From Octopus vulgaris (lineage: Eukaryota): a stretch of DNA of 64,000 bases. The stretch is taken from assembly GCA_951406725.2 (NCBI GenBank), contig OX597822.1, positions 27,590,001 to 27,654,000 of the forward strand, read 5' to 3'. Position numbers and translations under genes: made by a program. How positions within the stretch are numbered: the first letter of the stretch is position 1; every line of letters begins with the position of its first letter. The notes beneath the pieces are model-generated. The model searched no databases, had not been told where the DNA came from, and saw nothing but the letters and a program-made list of their open reading frames with translations. Positions 53,976 through 64,000 of the stretch are shown one piece after another.

Positions 53976-54517
53976 GGGTGAGTTTAAAAGTAATTGAAAA
54001 CGGCTTTTAGTTAACTAGGCGTCCATTAGTCAGCTTAGTTGGTTGTTTATGATACCAAAGCGACTTCAGTTAGTTTCGTTATTTTTTTTTTTTTACATAA
54101 GCTCTACGTGTAATTTTCGATGATGGGTAATTCAGGTGTTTGATTAACTTGACTACTAAGGCCCATGAAACTAACGTATAAGAGTATATTCAACTGACTC
54201 CTACAATCTTAAATACAAATTCTTAGAATGAATTAGCACGAGATGTGATAAGGCTGATCCTTTCCATGGGATTAAACTGACTTTTTTTTACAACCGATAG
54301 GCCACCTCGAAGCTAGTCAAAAGGGTACTTGGTTGAGATACCCCGCAGCAGAATTTAATTGGGGACTTCAAGATTCCGAAGCAAATTCTCAACCACTAAT
54401 GTGTCGCGCTTCATACAGCATATTTAATGCTTATATACATATATACAGCAAATGCGTGCGCGCGCACGCACGCGCGCGCACACACACACATATTAATGCT
54501 TATGTAATATATAATGC

Positions 54518-54726
54518 GGTGGGCTGGGAGAATCATTAGCACACCGGATAAATATGCTTAGCGGCGTTTTGTCCGTCTGTCCTTCTGAGTTCAAATTCCA
54601 CCGAAGCCAACTTAGCCTTTCATACTTTTGAGGTCGATAAACTAAGTACCAGTTGAGAGATGGAGTCGATGTAATCGACTTGCCCCTCCCCGGAGATAGG
54701 TGACCTGGTACCGAAATTTGAAACCA
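54518..54726 (+). mobile_element. Family B SINE, diverged
   Basis: CTGAGTTCAAATTCC..GCCTTTCATACTTTTGAGGTCGATAAACTAAGTACC. Confidence 0.75.
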
Positions 54727-56677
54727 TATATGTATATGTATGTTTTTGAGTGTAAGTATAGTATGTGTGATTGTGAAATGACATAACTAAATGCATTCAA
54801 GTAATCTTTTCCAGTTATGAAGGTAAATGAAATGGTTGTTCCAAATGTAATAACACTGGTTTAACAAAATATTGACTTATTTCATTTCAAAAGCAGCTAA
54901 TAAGCCCAAATTCTATAAAGATTTTAGATATTTATTTGGTATTTTGGTAGATGACAAATAATTAGTAGAGTCAATCTCAGGAAAGAAAAAGCGAAACGAA
55001 ACCGTGAAATTTAAATTATATTCCGATTACCCTTTAACATTAATGAATGAAGCAGACCGAATTTAAATATTATAATACATTCATGTGTAGGCATGTGTTT
55101 ATCGTTTAGAAGTTGGATTAACAACCACTTAGGTTCGGGTGCTGCTCGTCTGCACGGTACAACTTGGGCGAGTGACTTCTGCAGTGGCTTTCTACAAACG
55201 CCTTCTGAGTAAATATGGTAGACAAATCTCGGGAGGTAGCGCGTCTTGTACACATATACATATATCTGTGTGTGTGTATGTATTTGTGCATGTGATTGTG
55301 TGTGTGGATTTATGTTTGTTCCCTCTTTGTTTGGCTAATGGTATTTCCTAGTTTACTTCCTCATAAGCTAGCGCTTCGGCAAAGGAGAGCGATGTAATAA
55401 ATATGAAACATAAAAATGTAACTAGTTGGTCAAATTATTTGATTAAACCTTTGAGTTCGCATCCTGGTATAGCTGAAGTCTAACAACTGATATATTTACA
55501 TGAATAATCTTGCACCTTTCTCTCCTTGTCGCCATAGTCATAGCTCTGTAATGACGTCATCATTTTAATATTTCCATTTTGTTTGTTATCCCGATATCTT
55601 AAAATAAAGGGTCATTAAACTTTCTCTATTTAATAAAATGTTTTTTTTTTATCATGAATATAATTTAAGGGTTATTAATATAAATGCATAATTATTTATG
55701 AGGATAAATACGGAACTTAACAGAAGCCGCCATGTTAATTTGTTCAGAAATTTTTCGTCGTTTTTTACTTTCATTTTTTTAATTTTCACAACGTGTTTGT
55801 TCTATAACTGCAACATAATATCGATATTTTTTGGTAAATTCATGATAAAACAAACACTTCGACGTGTGTTTGTTTTAAATTATCGCTTTGTCATTTATTT
55901 TTCATATCTGAACATTATTTTTCATTTCACTCGACATCTTATGGATGTTTTCAGCAATGTACTTATGCAACCTTTATTATTGAATATTTATAATGAAATT
56001 TCCAGGATAAGAGATTAGCAGAAAGGGTAGACTAATTTAGTTGCGTTGGAATATTTAATTATGTCTCACTAATTTCTGATTGCTTGCTTGTGTGTTGGTA
56101 GAAACGTTAGAGCAGTCGTAGAGAATTATTTGCAGTATTTTATAATAATTTATTGTTGCTCTGAGTTCAAATGCCGTGGAGCTCTATTTTTGCTTCTGAA
56201 TCAGTTCAAGGCAGTAAACTAAAATACTATACAGCGGTTAATTCGATTATACCACACCCATCAATTCTCTGATCATGTGCCTATGGGAGAAATTATTTAA
56301 TGAAGCCAAATCCGACTGGGATTAAGTAGCGTTGGGGTTTCAAATTTTGATAGAAATACTGTTAATTATGCATTGATAACTATCCAGTCGAATTCACCCT
56401 TTAATGATCGAGTTTCTAGAAACAGAGAGGCCCGAAAGCAGAGAAGATAAGTTTAAAAATGGAAACAATTAAAAGGATGCGAGCTGGCTGCCATGCATAA
56501 ATGAAGATTACAATTAATAAACACGTCGTAGATGTTGATTTCTTGTATAGATGTAAGGTCAGAAATTTGCACGAACTGGTTTGTCAATGTAATTTTTTTA
56601 ACCTCAGTATTCGTCAGTTTCTCATGTCAGCGTCCACAGAAGGGTCAACGTAATGTTCGCTTCAGCGGTATTAGCTG

Positions 56678-57073
56678 GCAGAAACGTTAGCGCGCCGGGC
56701 GAAATGCTTTGCGGTATTTCGTCTGCCGCTACGTTCTGAGTTAAAATTCCGCCGAGGTCGACTTTGCCTTTCATCCTTTCGGGGTCGATTAAATAAGTAC
56801 CAGTTTCGCACTGGGGTCGATATAATCGACTTAATCCGTTTGTCTGTCCTTGTTTGTCCCCTCTGTGTTTAGCCCCTTGTGGGTTGTAAAAAAAAGAATA
56901 GGTATTTCATCTGCCGCTACGTTCAAATTCCGCCGAAGTCGACTTTGCCTTTCATCCTTTCGGGGTCGATTAAATAAGTACCAGTTACTGGGGTCGATAT
57001 AATCGACTTAATCCGTTTGTCTGTCCTTGTTTGTCATCTCTGTGTTTAGCCCCTTGTGGGTAGCAAAGAAATA
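56678..57073 (+). mobile_element. Partial tandem of family B SINE with L1/Tx1-like tail; 11-bp flanking direct repeat
   Basis: GGTATTAGCTG at 56667-56677 and 57074-57084; second unit starts at 56901. Confidence 0.88.
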
Positions 57074-58459
57074 GGTATTAGCTGTCAGAAAATAAAGTTT
57101 TGTAACTAACAACTGCAACGCACTACCACTGCCATCCCACTTCCATCACATGCAATCAAGTCGCTCTCATATCCAATCCACCGTCCTAATCCACAAGTCA
57201 ACAATCGAGCTTCTCCGTGACCACTTGACATGTTAGAAATAATAAACAAAGCTGTCTTTTATTACACAGTACTTTCTTCCAATGTTTATTTTATCGCTCT
57301 TGGAAGGTTTGAAACATAATGCAGCCATGGAATTTGCAATTAGAACGTGAAAGAACAAAATTAAGAATTGCTTGGCATTTACACCGTTGCTCTATCGTAT
57401 GGAAGTTGGTTTGAGACATCCGTTCTATAGCTACATTGTTCTGAGGCACAGCACCATGATTAAATGCACTTTATCTCAGGTTCGAGACGATAAATTTGTG
57501 AATGAAATTTAGTAGACAAAAGAAACTATGTAGAAACACGATAGCATCTCCTTTGATTTCTTGGATGGTACATTTACTCCGTTATCTAGTTTAACACCAC
57601 CACCTGCACATTCAGACAGGATCCTAACTCTGAGGATAACCTCATGCTTTTACCATTCCAGGTCATGTAAAAAATATATTATGCCAGTTGCCATTCCTAC
57701 TCAGAGGAAGCCATACAGAATTGGATACTTATTTCGTCTCTAATTCACTTTAAATATTAGAATCCGAACGGAAAAGTGTATTGATTTGATTTATCTGAAA
57801 GTGTTGGAATAATATACTGAATGTACGAAATTTAGACACTACATATGTTATTTATCTTATTCGATAAATACATTTGTAGAAGCACGACTAATAGCAGTTT
57901 GTAGCTAATACTTATTCTGAAATGTTTACTAGTTGGTTGCTGTCTACTTGATGTGTTACCTGTGTTTGTTAAAATATTACATGTACTTAAAATGCTCATA
58001 CACATGAAATTGCTTGTGGATATCTATTACCTTACATTTAAAATAACAAAAAAAAATGTAGCCAATAAAAGGTTAAAATATACATAGTAAAAATTGCAAT
58101 AATCGTATTAACGAAAACTTGGTATTGAGTATTTATGTTCGTGCTCTATAGCTAGTATTGCTTTCTCACTTTGATCTATTTTCCACTTACTTTAGTTTAC
58201 ATAGCTAAACATACCTGCTTTAACATGAGAAATGATAATTTATCATAGACTAAAATACATTGGTAAGGGAAATTTATCGCTCAACCGATTAACCCTAATA
58301 AGGCCGGAGTTACCAATGTTTCACGAAGTAGTTTACACCTAGTAGAAACGATTTAAGCTGGCATTAACAATTATAGGTACTGGCATAGTTGTCTATTGAA
58401 ATTCTCCAAAATCACCTAATTGTGTGTTCGATCCAGTTATGTAATACCTTGTTTAAATA

Positions 58460-59020
58460 TTGGGTTCTCCGGAAAGTTCGTGCCGATTTATAGCAGCTTA
58501 CCTTTCGACTTATTTGAGCCCATAATATAGGATTTGACTACACCTCCATTTAGAGCATAGTTTAAGCTACATTTTCCTCAAAGAAGGTTTATGTTCCTAT
58601 AACCTGTGTTAATTCTGTAACCCTTTAAAATGGAAGATAAGAAAGTTCATTTTATGCACTTGATGCTTTGGGAATCAGACAAAAATTGTTGCAGTTCGGT
58701 TGGGAGGTGTTATCTTAACCTCCATATTCACCAGATGTTGCTCCTTCGGATTTCCACTTATTCAGGGGAATAGTCTCTGCAGAATAGTCTGAATGGTATA
58801 AATTTCAATTCCTTGGATGACGTAAAAAGATACCTTAATGAATTATTTGCCATGAAACCACCTCACTTCTGGGAAAAGGGTATTTTCAAGTTAAAGGAAA
58901 GATGGAGACGCATTGTGCAACAAAATGGTTCATATTTGGCTCATTAAAAATGTAATGGCAAGTATCTATTGACCTTTTTCTTTCCTTTAAAAATCGGCAC
59001 GTACTTTCCGAACAACCCAA
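58460..59020 (+). mobile_element. Internally deleted mariner element, same family as 14929-15491
   Basis: Same TIRs, TA flanks and the same deletion junction. Confidence 0.9.
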
Positions 59021-60487
59021 TAGATGGAGTATGTATGGAAGTCTTATACGTGAGACAGAAATAGTGCGGAAACCCATTGGAAAGATATTTTTTTTTCTTT
59101 TTTTCATGGAAGATAGGTCAAATCATCATACGGTTAAGCGTCACACTTGTCCTTCGAGGAATGACTGGAATGAAGTTCACACCGTTGAAAGTTTTTGTTC
59201 TATCTTTTGTGGGGTTATCAAAACCTTTCTGCGTTTCTCCCGTTAGTATCAGAAATTCGATAAAAAAAAAAGCAATGTCCTTGGCGCTACCCTAGCTACT
59301 GCGGGTTAATGCATGATCTACATGAATATTTTGTAATTAAGTATTCCAAAAGATACCCAGTGCTCCGTTCTATAATCAATTTCTTAAAGATAGTAACCTG
59401 GTAATCGATACCATTCTAAAAGAGCATGTAAATGTCATGGACACTTATCCTTACTCTTCTGGCAATTTTATAGGATAAAACTAATTACAATGCATACTAG
59501 AGAAGTATTTATATAGCTATATTCTTTCCTATAATGAGTCGGCCATTTTTAATCTCCGTATACGCAATAGAGAAATAGCTGTGTCATGATTTTATTTTAG
59601 TTTTTGTTTATTAGCCGCGTCAGGCGATTAATAAAGCATTTTGTTTAACAAGTGGATTAATCAATTAATTCCTGGGATCGTCATTTATAGCCTTTTTATG
59701 AAGTGATAAGCTGATGAAGCACAAATCTCCATAAATTTTAAGTCAACATAGCTGTATAGTTGAAAGTAATTATAATGAAATCCAATAATTTTATAGAATT
59801 AATCTAGAACCTAATAATTTTTATAAAATGTAGCATGCTAGCTTAAACACTCACCCAAGAGATCGCAAATGTTAAATCCAGGCTCCTGACTGAAAAAACG
59901 TAGTCAATTTGTAATTCTGCTTGCCTGACTCTAGACAAAGGAAACCATTAATATTATCCAGAATGGGAATTATACAGGCTGCTGTTCCTGCTCGACCTGA
60001 GAAATGACATTGTTTAACACTTCTTGACCACGTCATACATTTAATGGAAGTCATTTGTTAGAAATCTATGAGAACTTTAGGTCGCCTATCAAAGTGTTAC
60101 GTCTGTCTCTGATGCCTTTTGTAGGAAATTTCCTGTCAGATTACTCAATTGAAAGTAATGCGATGGAAAGATTTCATGGTATGCAGATGGCATTATTTTT
60201 AACTCTCTTTCTCACCTCCGATGAAATCCAACATTAATCTATATATCTCATAATCTTTACTTATTGATGTCCAAGAAATTGATACTTTTAGTAACACAAC
60301 GCCATATACAACTATATGTGTCCTCTCCCAGACACTTACACACGCGCTCACACACACAAACACACACACATACACGCAGTTACACATATAGATACACAAC
60401 CTTCATGAGGTTCTGCTTCGTCCTCTATGTTCCTGTTTTCTCATTCATTTACATGTTTCTTTCTCTTGTTGATTATATATGTATATA

Positions 60488-60605
<118 letters not shown>

Positions 60606-60619
60606 TAGACATGTGTATA

Positions 60620-60670
<51 letters not shown>

Positions 60671-60782
60671 ATTTAGGAATGGTCATTTTGCCAGTTTAGC
60701 CAATAAAAACACACGCACTATATATTTGGTGTTACTTTGCTTCAGTGTTATTTATTTTTTACATTAATCTTAATCTTATTTC

Positions 60783-60827
60783 GGCCAGAGTTCTTTCGTC
60801 ACACACCTGTGACCGCATCAGTGGTCC
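60783..60827 (-). ncRNA. Type I hammerhead-like motif (A9C variant) downstream of PLE 2
   Basis: ggaCCA-CTGATGC-g-GTCAC-aggtgt-GTGAC-GAAA-g-aa-CTC-TGGcc. Confidence 0.65.
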
Positions 60828-61181
60828 TTTGTTTTCTTCTTACTTATTTGTGTCTCTCCTTACTAACCGTCAGCCATTTCGTATTTCTATTGTATGTCTT
60901 CATTTGCGCATGCTTATATCTCTATGTGCGTTTATGTTTATTTAGTGTGTGTATGTGGGGCATGCCTGTAATATTTGTATCTTCTGTTTATATATGTTCA
61001 TGTAATTTGTAATTTTATATGTTCATGTAATTTGTATTTTGTATTTTTTGTTGTTGTTGTTTTTGTTTATTCTTATTTTGTTCATGTATTTACATCCACC
61101 CATTATTAACATTACATATGCTTGTATGTATGTATGTATGTATAACAACAATACTAGTAATAATAATAATAACTTGAATCG

Positions 61182-61305
<124 letters not shown>

Positions 61306-61312
61306 CATATAC

Positions 61313-61367
<55 letters not shown>

Positions 61368-61429
61368 TTTATTTCTATTAGTTTATTTATTTATCTGTGT
61401 ATTTATTATGTTTTCAGGATCCTCTATCG

Positions 61430-62791
61430 TCATATGTTCTGGTGTGTGTTAGTGCTCCATTCTAGTTTTCTATTCAGGCTAGGTTTATTTTCTATTATTT
61501 GTGTAGCTTCTGTAATTTGTCTAATTGTTGTATCTGATCTATGTGTGGATAATATTTTAATTTCTATGTTATTGATTGATCCCCCGTGTTCTTGTTCGGC
61601 GTGTTGGTACAGAATCGATGAGCTTTTACCTTTCTTGAGTTGTCTCCAATGCTCATTTACCCGCTCTCCTATGCTTCTTGCCGTTTCCCCTAAATATGTC
61701 GTTGTCTTGTTACTGCATCGTCCCTCTATACATCTTATACTATAGACTACATTTCTGGCTTTACAGTTTGTTTGTGGGCTAAATCTACATATAGTACAGT
61801 ACTTATCCGTACAGGGGGTTCTACTAAAAGAATAGGTTCTACCAATTATAGATTTGATAGGGTTGCCTGGCTTTTCAACAACCTTAATTCTTAGCTTAAG
61901 TTTGTCTAGGGTCCTTCTAAAGCGATACGCCAGTTCACCTCCAAGGGTGGTGTCAACGAACATGACACTCTGGTATTTATGGCTATCATACCAAGAGTTG
62001 GCCTTCCCTATTTTCTGTTTTGTCCTTTCTATAGTGTTCCATGACTTGTTCCTATAGAGTGGGCAAATACCATTCCTATCATTACATAATATATTATCAA
62101 ATTTCTTAATGGTTCCTTTGTATACTCTGATCCTTTCTTTATGGCTGTAACCTGAGAACTGCATGCGGTGAATGAAATATTGTATGTGTCTCTTTAACTC
62201 TGTAGGTTCGCACATGCATGACACATTTCTCATTATTCTGACGAGGTCTGCCATCAAAATATTGAATTTGGCATTGTCCGCAATGGCTGAGTTCCGGTGG
62301 ATCAAGTATTTTGAGGCCATAGGTTTGGCATAGTATGAATGAAGGATTTGGGTTTTATTATTCACAATTTCTAGCCAGAGTTCGGTGTCTAGTACTGGTA
62401 GTTTATGGTTGGGGTATTTAGTGGGGTAGTCTATTGTGACCTTAATACTCTGGTGGATGGAGTTAGCTATTTGCTGGATGCTCTCCATAGTATTAGTTTC
62501 TATTACTATATCAACATTACTCTCTTGTGGGGGTGCCTTTACCACTATGTTGATATCATCAACATAGCGAGAGTACATGTTTACGAGTATGGAGTTCTGT
62601 GTTAGGCGTTCTTTAAGCCTTCTGTCCCACCATACCATGAAAAGGTTGGCCACATCACCAGCGATACTAACGCCGATGGCTGCCCCCTCGTCCTGGGCAT
62701 ATATTTTATTATTAAACTTAAACGTGTGGCCCTTTAGGGTAATTCTTATACTAGCTCCTAGTGCATGTGCGATCATTATCTGTTTCAACAC
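61430..62791 (-). CDS. Penelope-like RT + GIY-YIG (Nematis-like), 5'-truncated
   Basis: [60 protein letters not shown]. Clade assignment is by eye. Confidence 0.9.
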   Translation of the reverse strand: MLKQIMIAHALGASIRITLKGHTFKFNNKIYAQDEGAAIGVSIAGDVANLFMVWWDRRLKERLTQNSILVNMYSRYVDDINIVVKAPPQESNVDIVIETNTMESIQQIANSIHQSIKVTIDYPTKYPNHKLPVLDTELWLEIVNNKTQILHSYYAKPMASKYLIHRNSAIADNAKFNILMADLVRIMRNVSCMCEPTELKRHIQYFIHRMQFSGYSHKERIRVYKGTIKKFDNILCNDRNGICPLYRNKSWNTIERTKQKIGKANSWYDSHKYQSVMFVDTTLGGELAYRFRRTLDKLKLRIKVVEKPGNPIKSIIGRTYSFSRTPCTDKYCTICRFSPQTNCKARNVVYSIRCIEGRCSNKTTTYLGETARSIGERVNEHWRQLKKGKSSSILYQHAEQEHGGSINNIEIKILSTHRSDTTIRQITEATQIIENKPSLNRKLEWSTNTHQNI

Positions 62792-62832
62792 ACGACTTCA
62801 CATAAAAAATCTTGCACAACAAATATTTAAAC

Positions 62833-62877
<45 letters not shown>

Positions 62878-62888
<11 letters not shown>

Positions 62889-63060
62889 AGATTCGTTCTA
62901 TCTGTAGGTGTGTGTGTCTTCTAGGATCTAGGGCATTCGCCATCCGATTGCGCTCAAATTTGATAGGTAAATACCGACGGTATCTGGGCGTGCATAAGTC
63001 TTCATAAAATTGCAAAAATCGATTCCAGGTGAAAATGCGATCGATAAAACCGCAGGAACT
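62878..63060 (+). mobile_element. Probable 5' fragment of a non-autonomous Helitron
   Basis: TATATATATAAG..TCTGT.GGTGTGTGTGTC..CCGATT..CAAATTTG layout parallels the element end at 51370-51495. Confidence 0.4.
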
Positions 63061-63608
63061 CTTCACGTTTGTGTGAATAAATCGTTTTTCTTTGGATATA
63101 TGTGTGTATACATATGTATATCTGTATGTGTGTACATCTGTATGTATTCTGCATATTCATGTGTTTGCATGTCCGTGTTTGTGTATTGTTATGCATGTGT
63201 GTGTGTCCGTGTGTTTGCATGTGTATGCACCTCTGTCTCCTTCTGTGTGCATGTCTGTATGTGTGTGTGTTTTGCAACTATGTACCACGTTTGTATGTAT
63301 GGATGTGCATCTCCATATGTGTGCACACGTGTCTCCGTATGTGTCATTGTGTGAAATAAAGTGTGTGTGTATATATATGGTCATGTGCTTCAGTCTCCAT
63401 TTGCGTATGTGTGCTTGTCTGTTCATATAACCTATGTACCTATCCGTCTCTATGTTGATCTGTTTATTTTCATATCCGTATGCTTACATACTTATGCATA
63501 TACACATATATACTCCCCACACACACATACATACATCTCTCTACATAACAACACACTAACTATTTTACTCTACCTGCGTAAACTTTGGGTATATGGGTAT
63601 GATATCTA

Positions 63609-64000
63609 CTATGTATATTTCCTATTTAATATTGGGGAAGTTTCTTTTATAAGTACGTACTCCCGTATTTGTCTGAGTGTTGTGTCTTTTGGGTGCTTGG
63701 ATAAAATGCGGATGTCAAGTTGACCCATGTTGCCTCCATGGTGGTCTTTGGAATGCTGGTAGAGTATGGCGGACTGTTTTTTGTCGTCATATTGTCTCAG
63801 AGCTTCATTTAGTCGTTCCCTAATGTTCCTAGATGTCTCCCCTATGTATGTCATGTTCATGTCTTTACAAGCAACTTCTATGCATTTTATGCTGTAAACT
63901 ACATTTCGAGTTCTACAGTTAATGCCACGGCTAATCCTACATACCGTGTAGTTATCATTGGTGCATATGGTATTCTCAAAGGGGTACGTCCTACATAGTT
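63609..64000 (-). CDS. C-terminal GIY-YIG part of a third Penelope-like element (runs off the window)
   Basis: NCRTRNVVYSIKC..YIGETSRNIRERLNE..RQIRE..PILNRK; homologous to the 61430 ORF. Confidence 0.88.
   Translation of the reverse strand, partial: LCRTYPFENTICTNDNYTVCRISRGINCRTRNVVYSIKCIEVACKDMNMTYIGETSRNIRERLNEALRQYDDKKQSAILYQHSKDHHGGNMGQLDIRILSKHPKDTTLRQIREYVLIKETSPILNRKYT

Noticed and set aside
61400-61436. Hammerhead directly after the PLE stop codon (ATGACGA..GAAAAC)
   Set aside because: The 3-8 pair is broken and stems are poor; the motif at 60783-60827 is the better candidate.

Overview
AT-rich, microsatellite-saturated eukaryotic DNA with no recognisable host gene. It is probably intergenic or intronic. 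The SINE families and extreme (TA)n/(CA)n/(TATG)n density suggest an octopus or other cephalopod genome, but that is an inference. Almost all identifiable content is mobile DNA. There are three Penelope-like elements (RT plus GIY-YIG) and a full-length L1/Tx1-type LINE with a 14-bp TSD, nested in a non-autonomous Helitron. There are also RTE, CR1 and R4/Dong-type fragments, mariner/Tc1/DD41D derivatives and three tRNA-derived SINE groups. The most notable signal is a dense set of about 10 type I hammerhead-ribozyme-like motifs in short non-coding repeats embedded in (TA)n. Several lie in long foldback palindromes (12221-13248, 45386-45685, 37721-37853). They include natural compensatory variants of the C3-G8 core pair (G3-C8 and U3-A8). 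Two SINE/LINE 3'-tail partnerships are visible inside the window. All calls were made by eye; no alignment, folding or database search was run.
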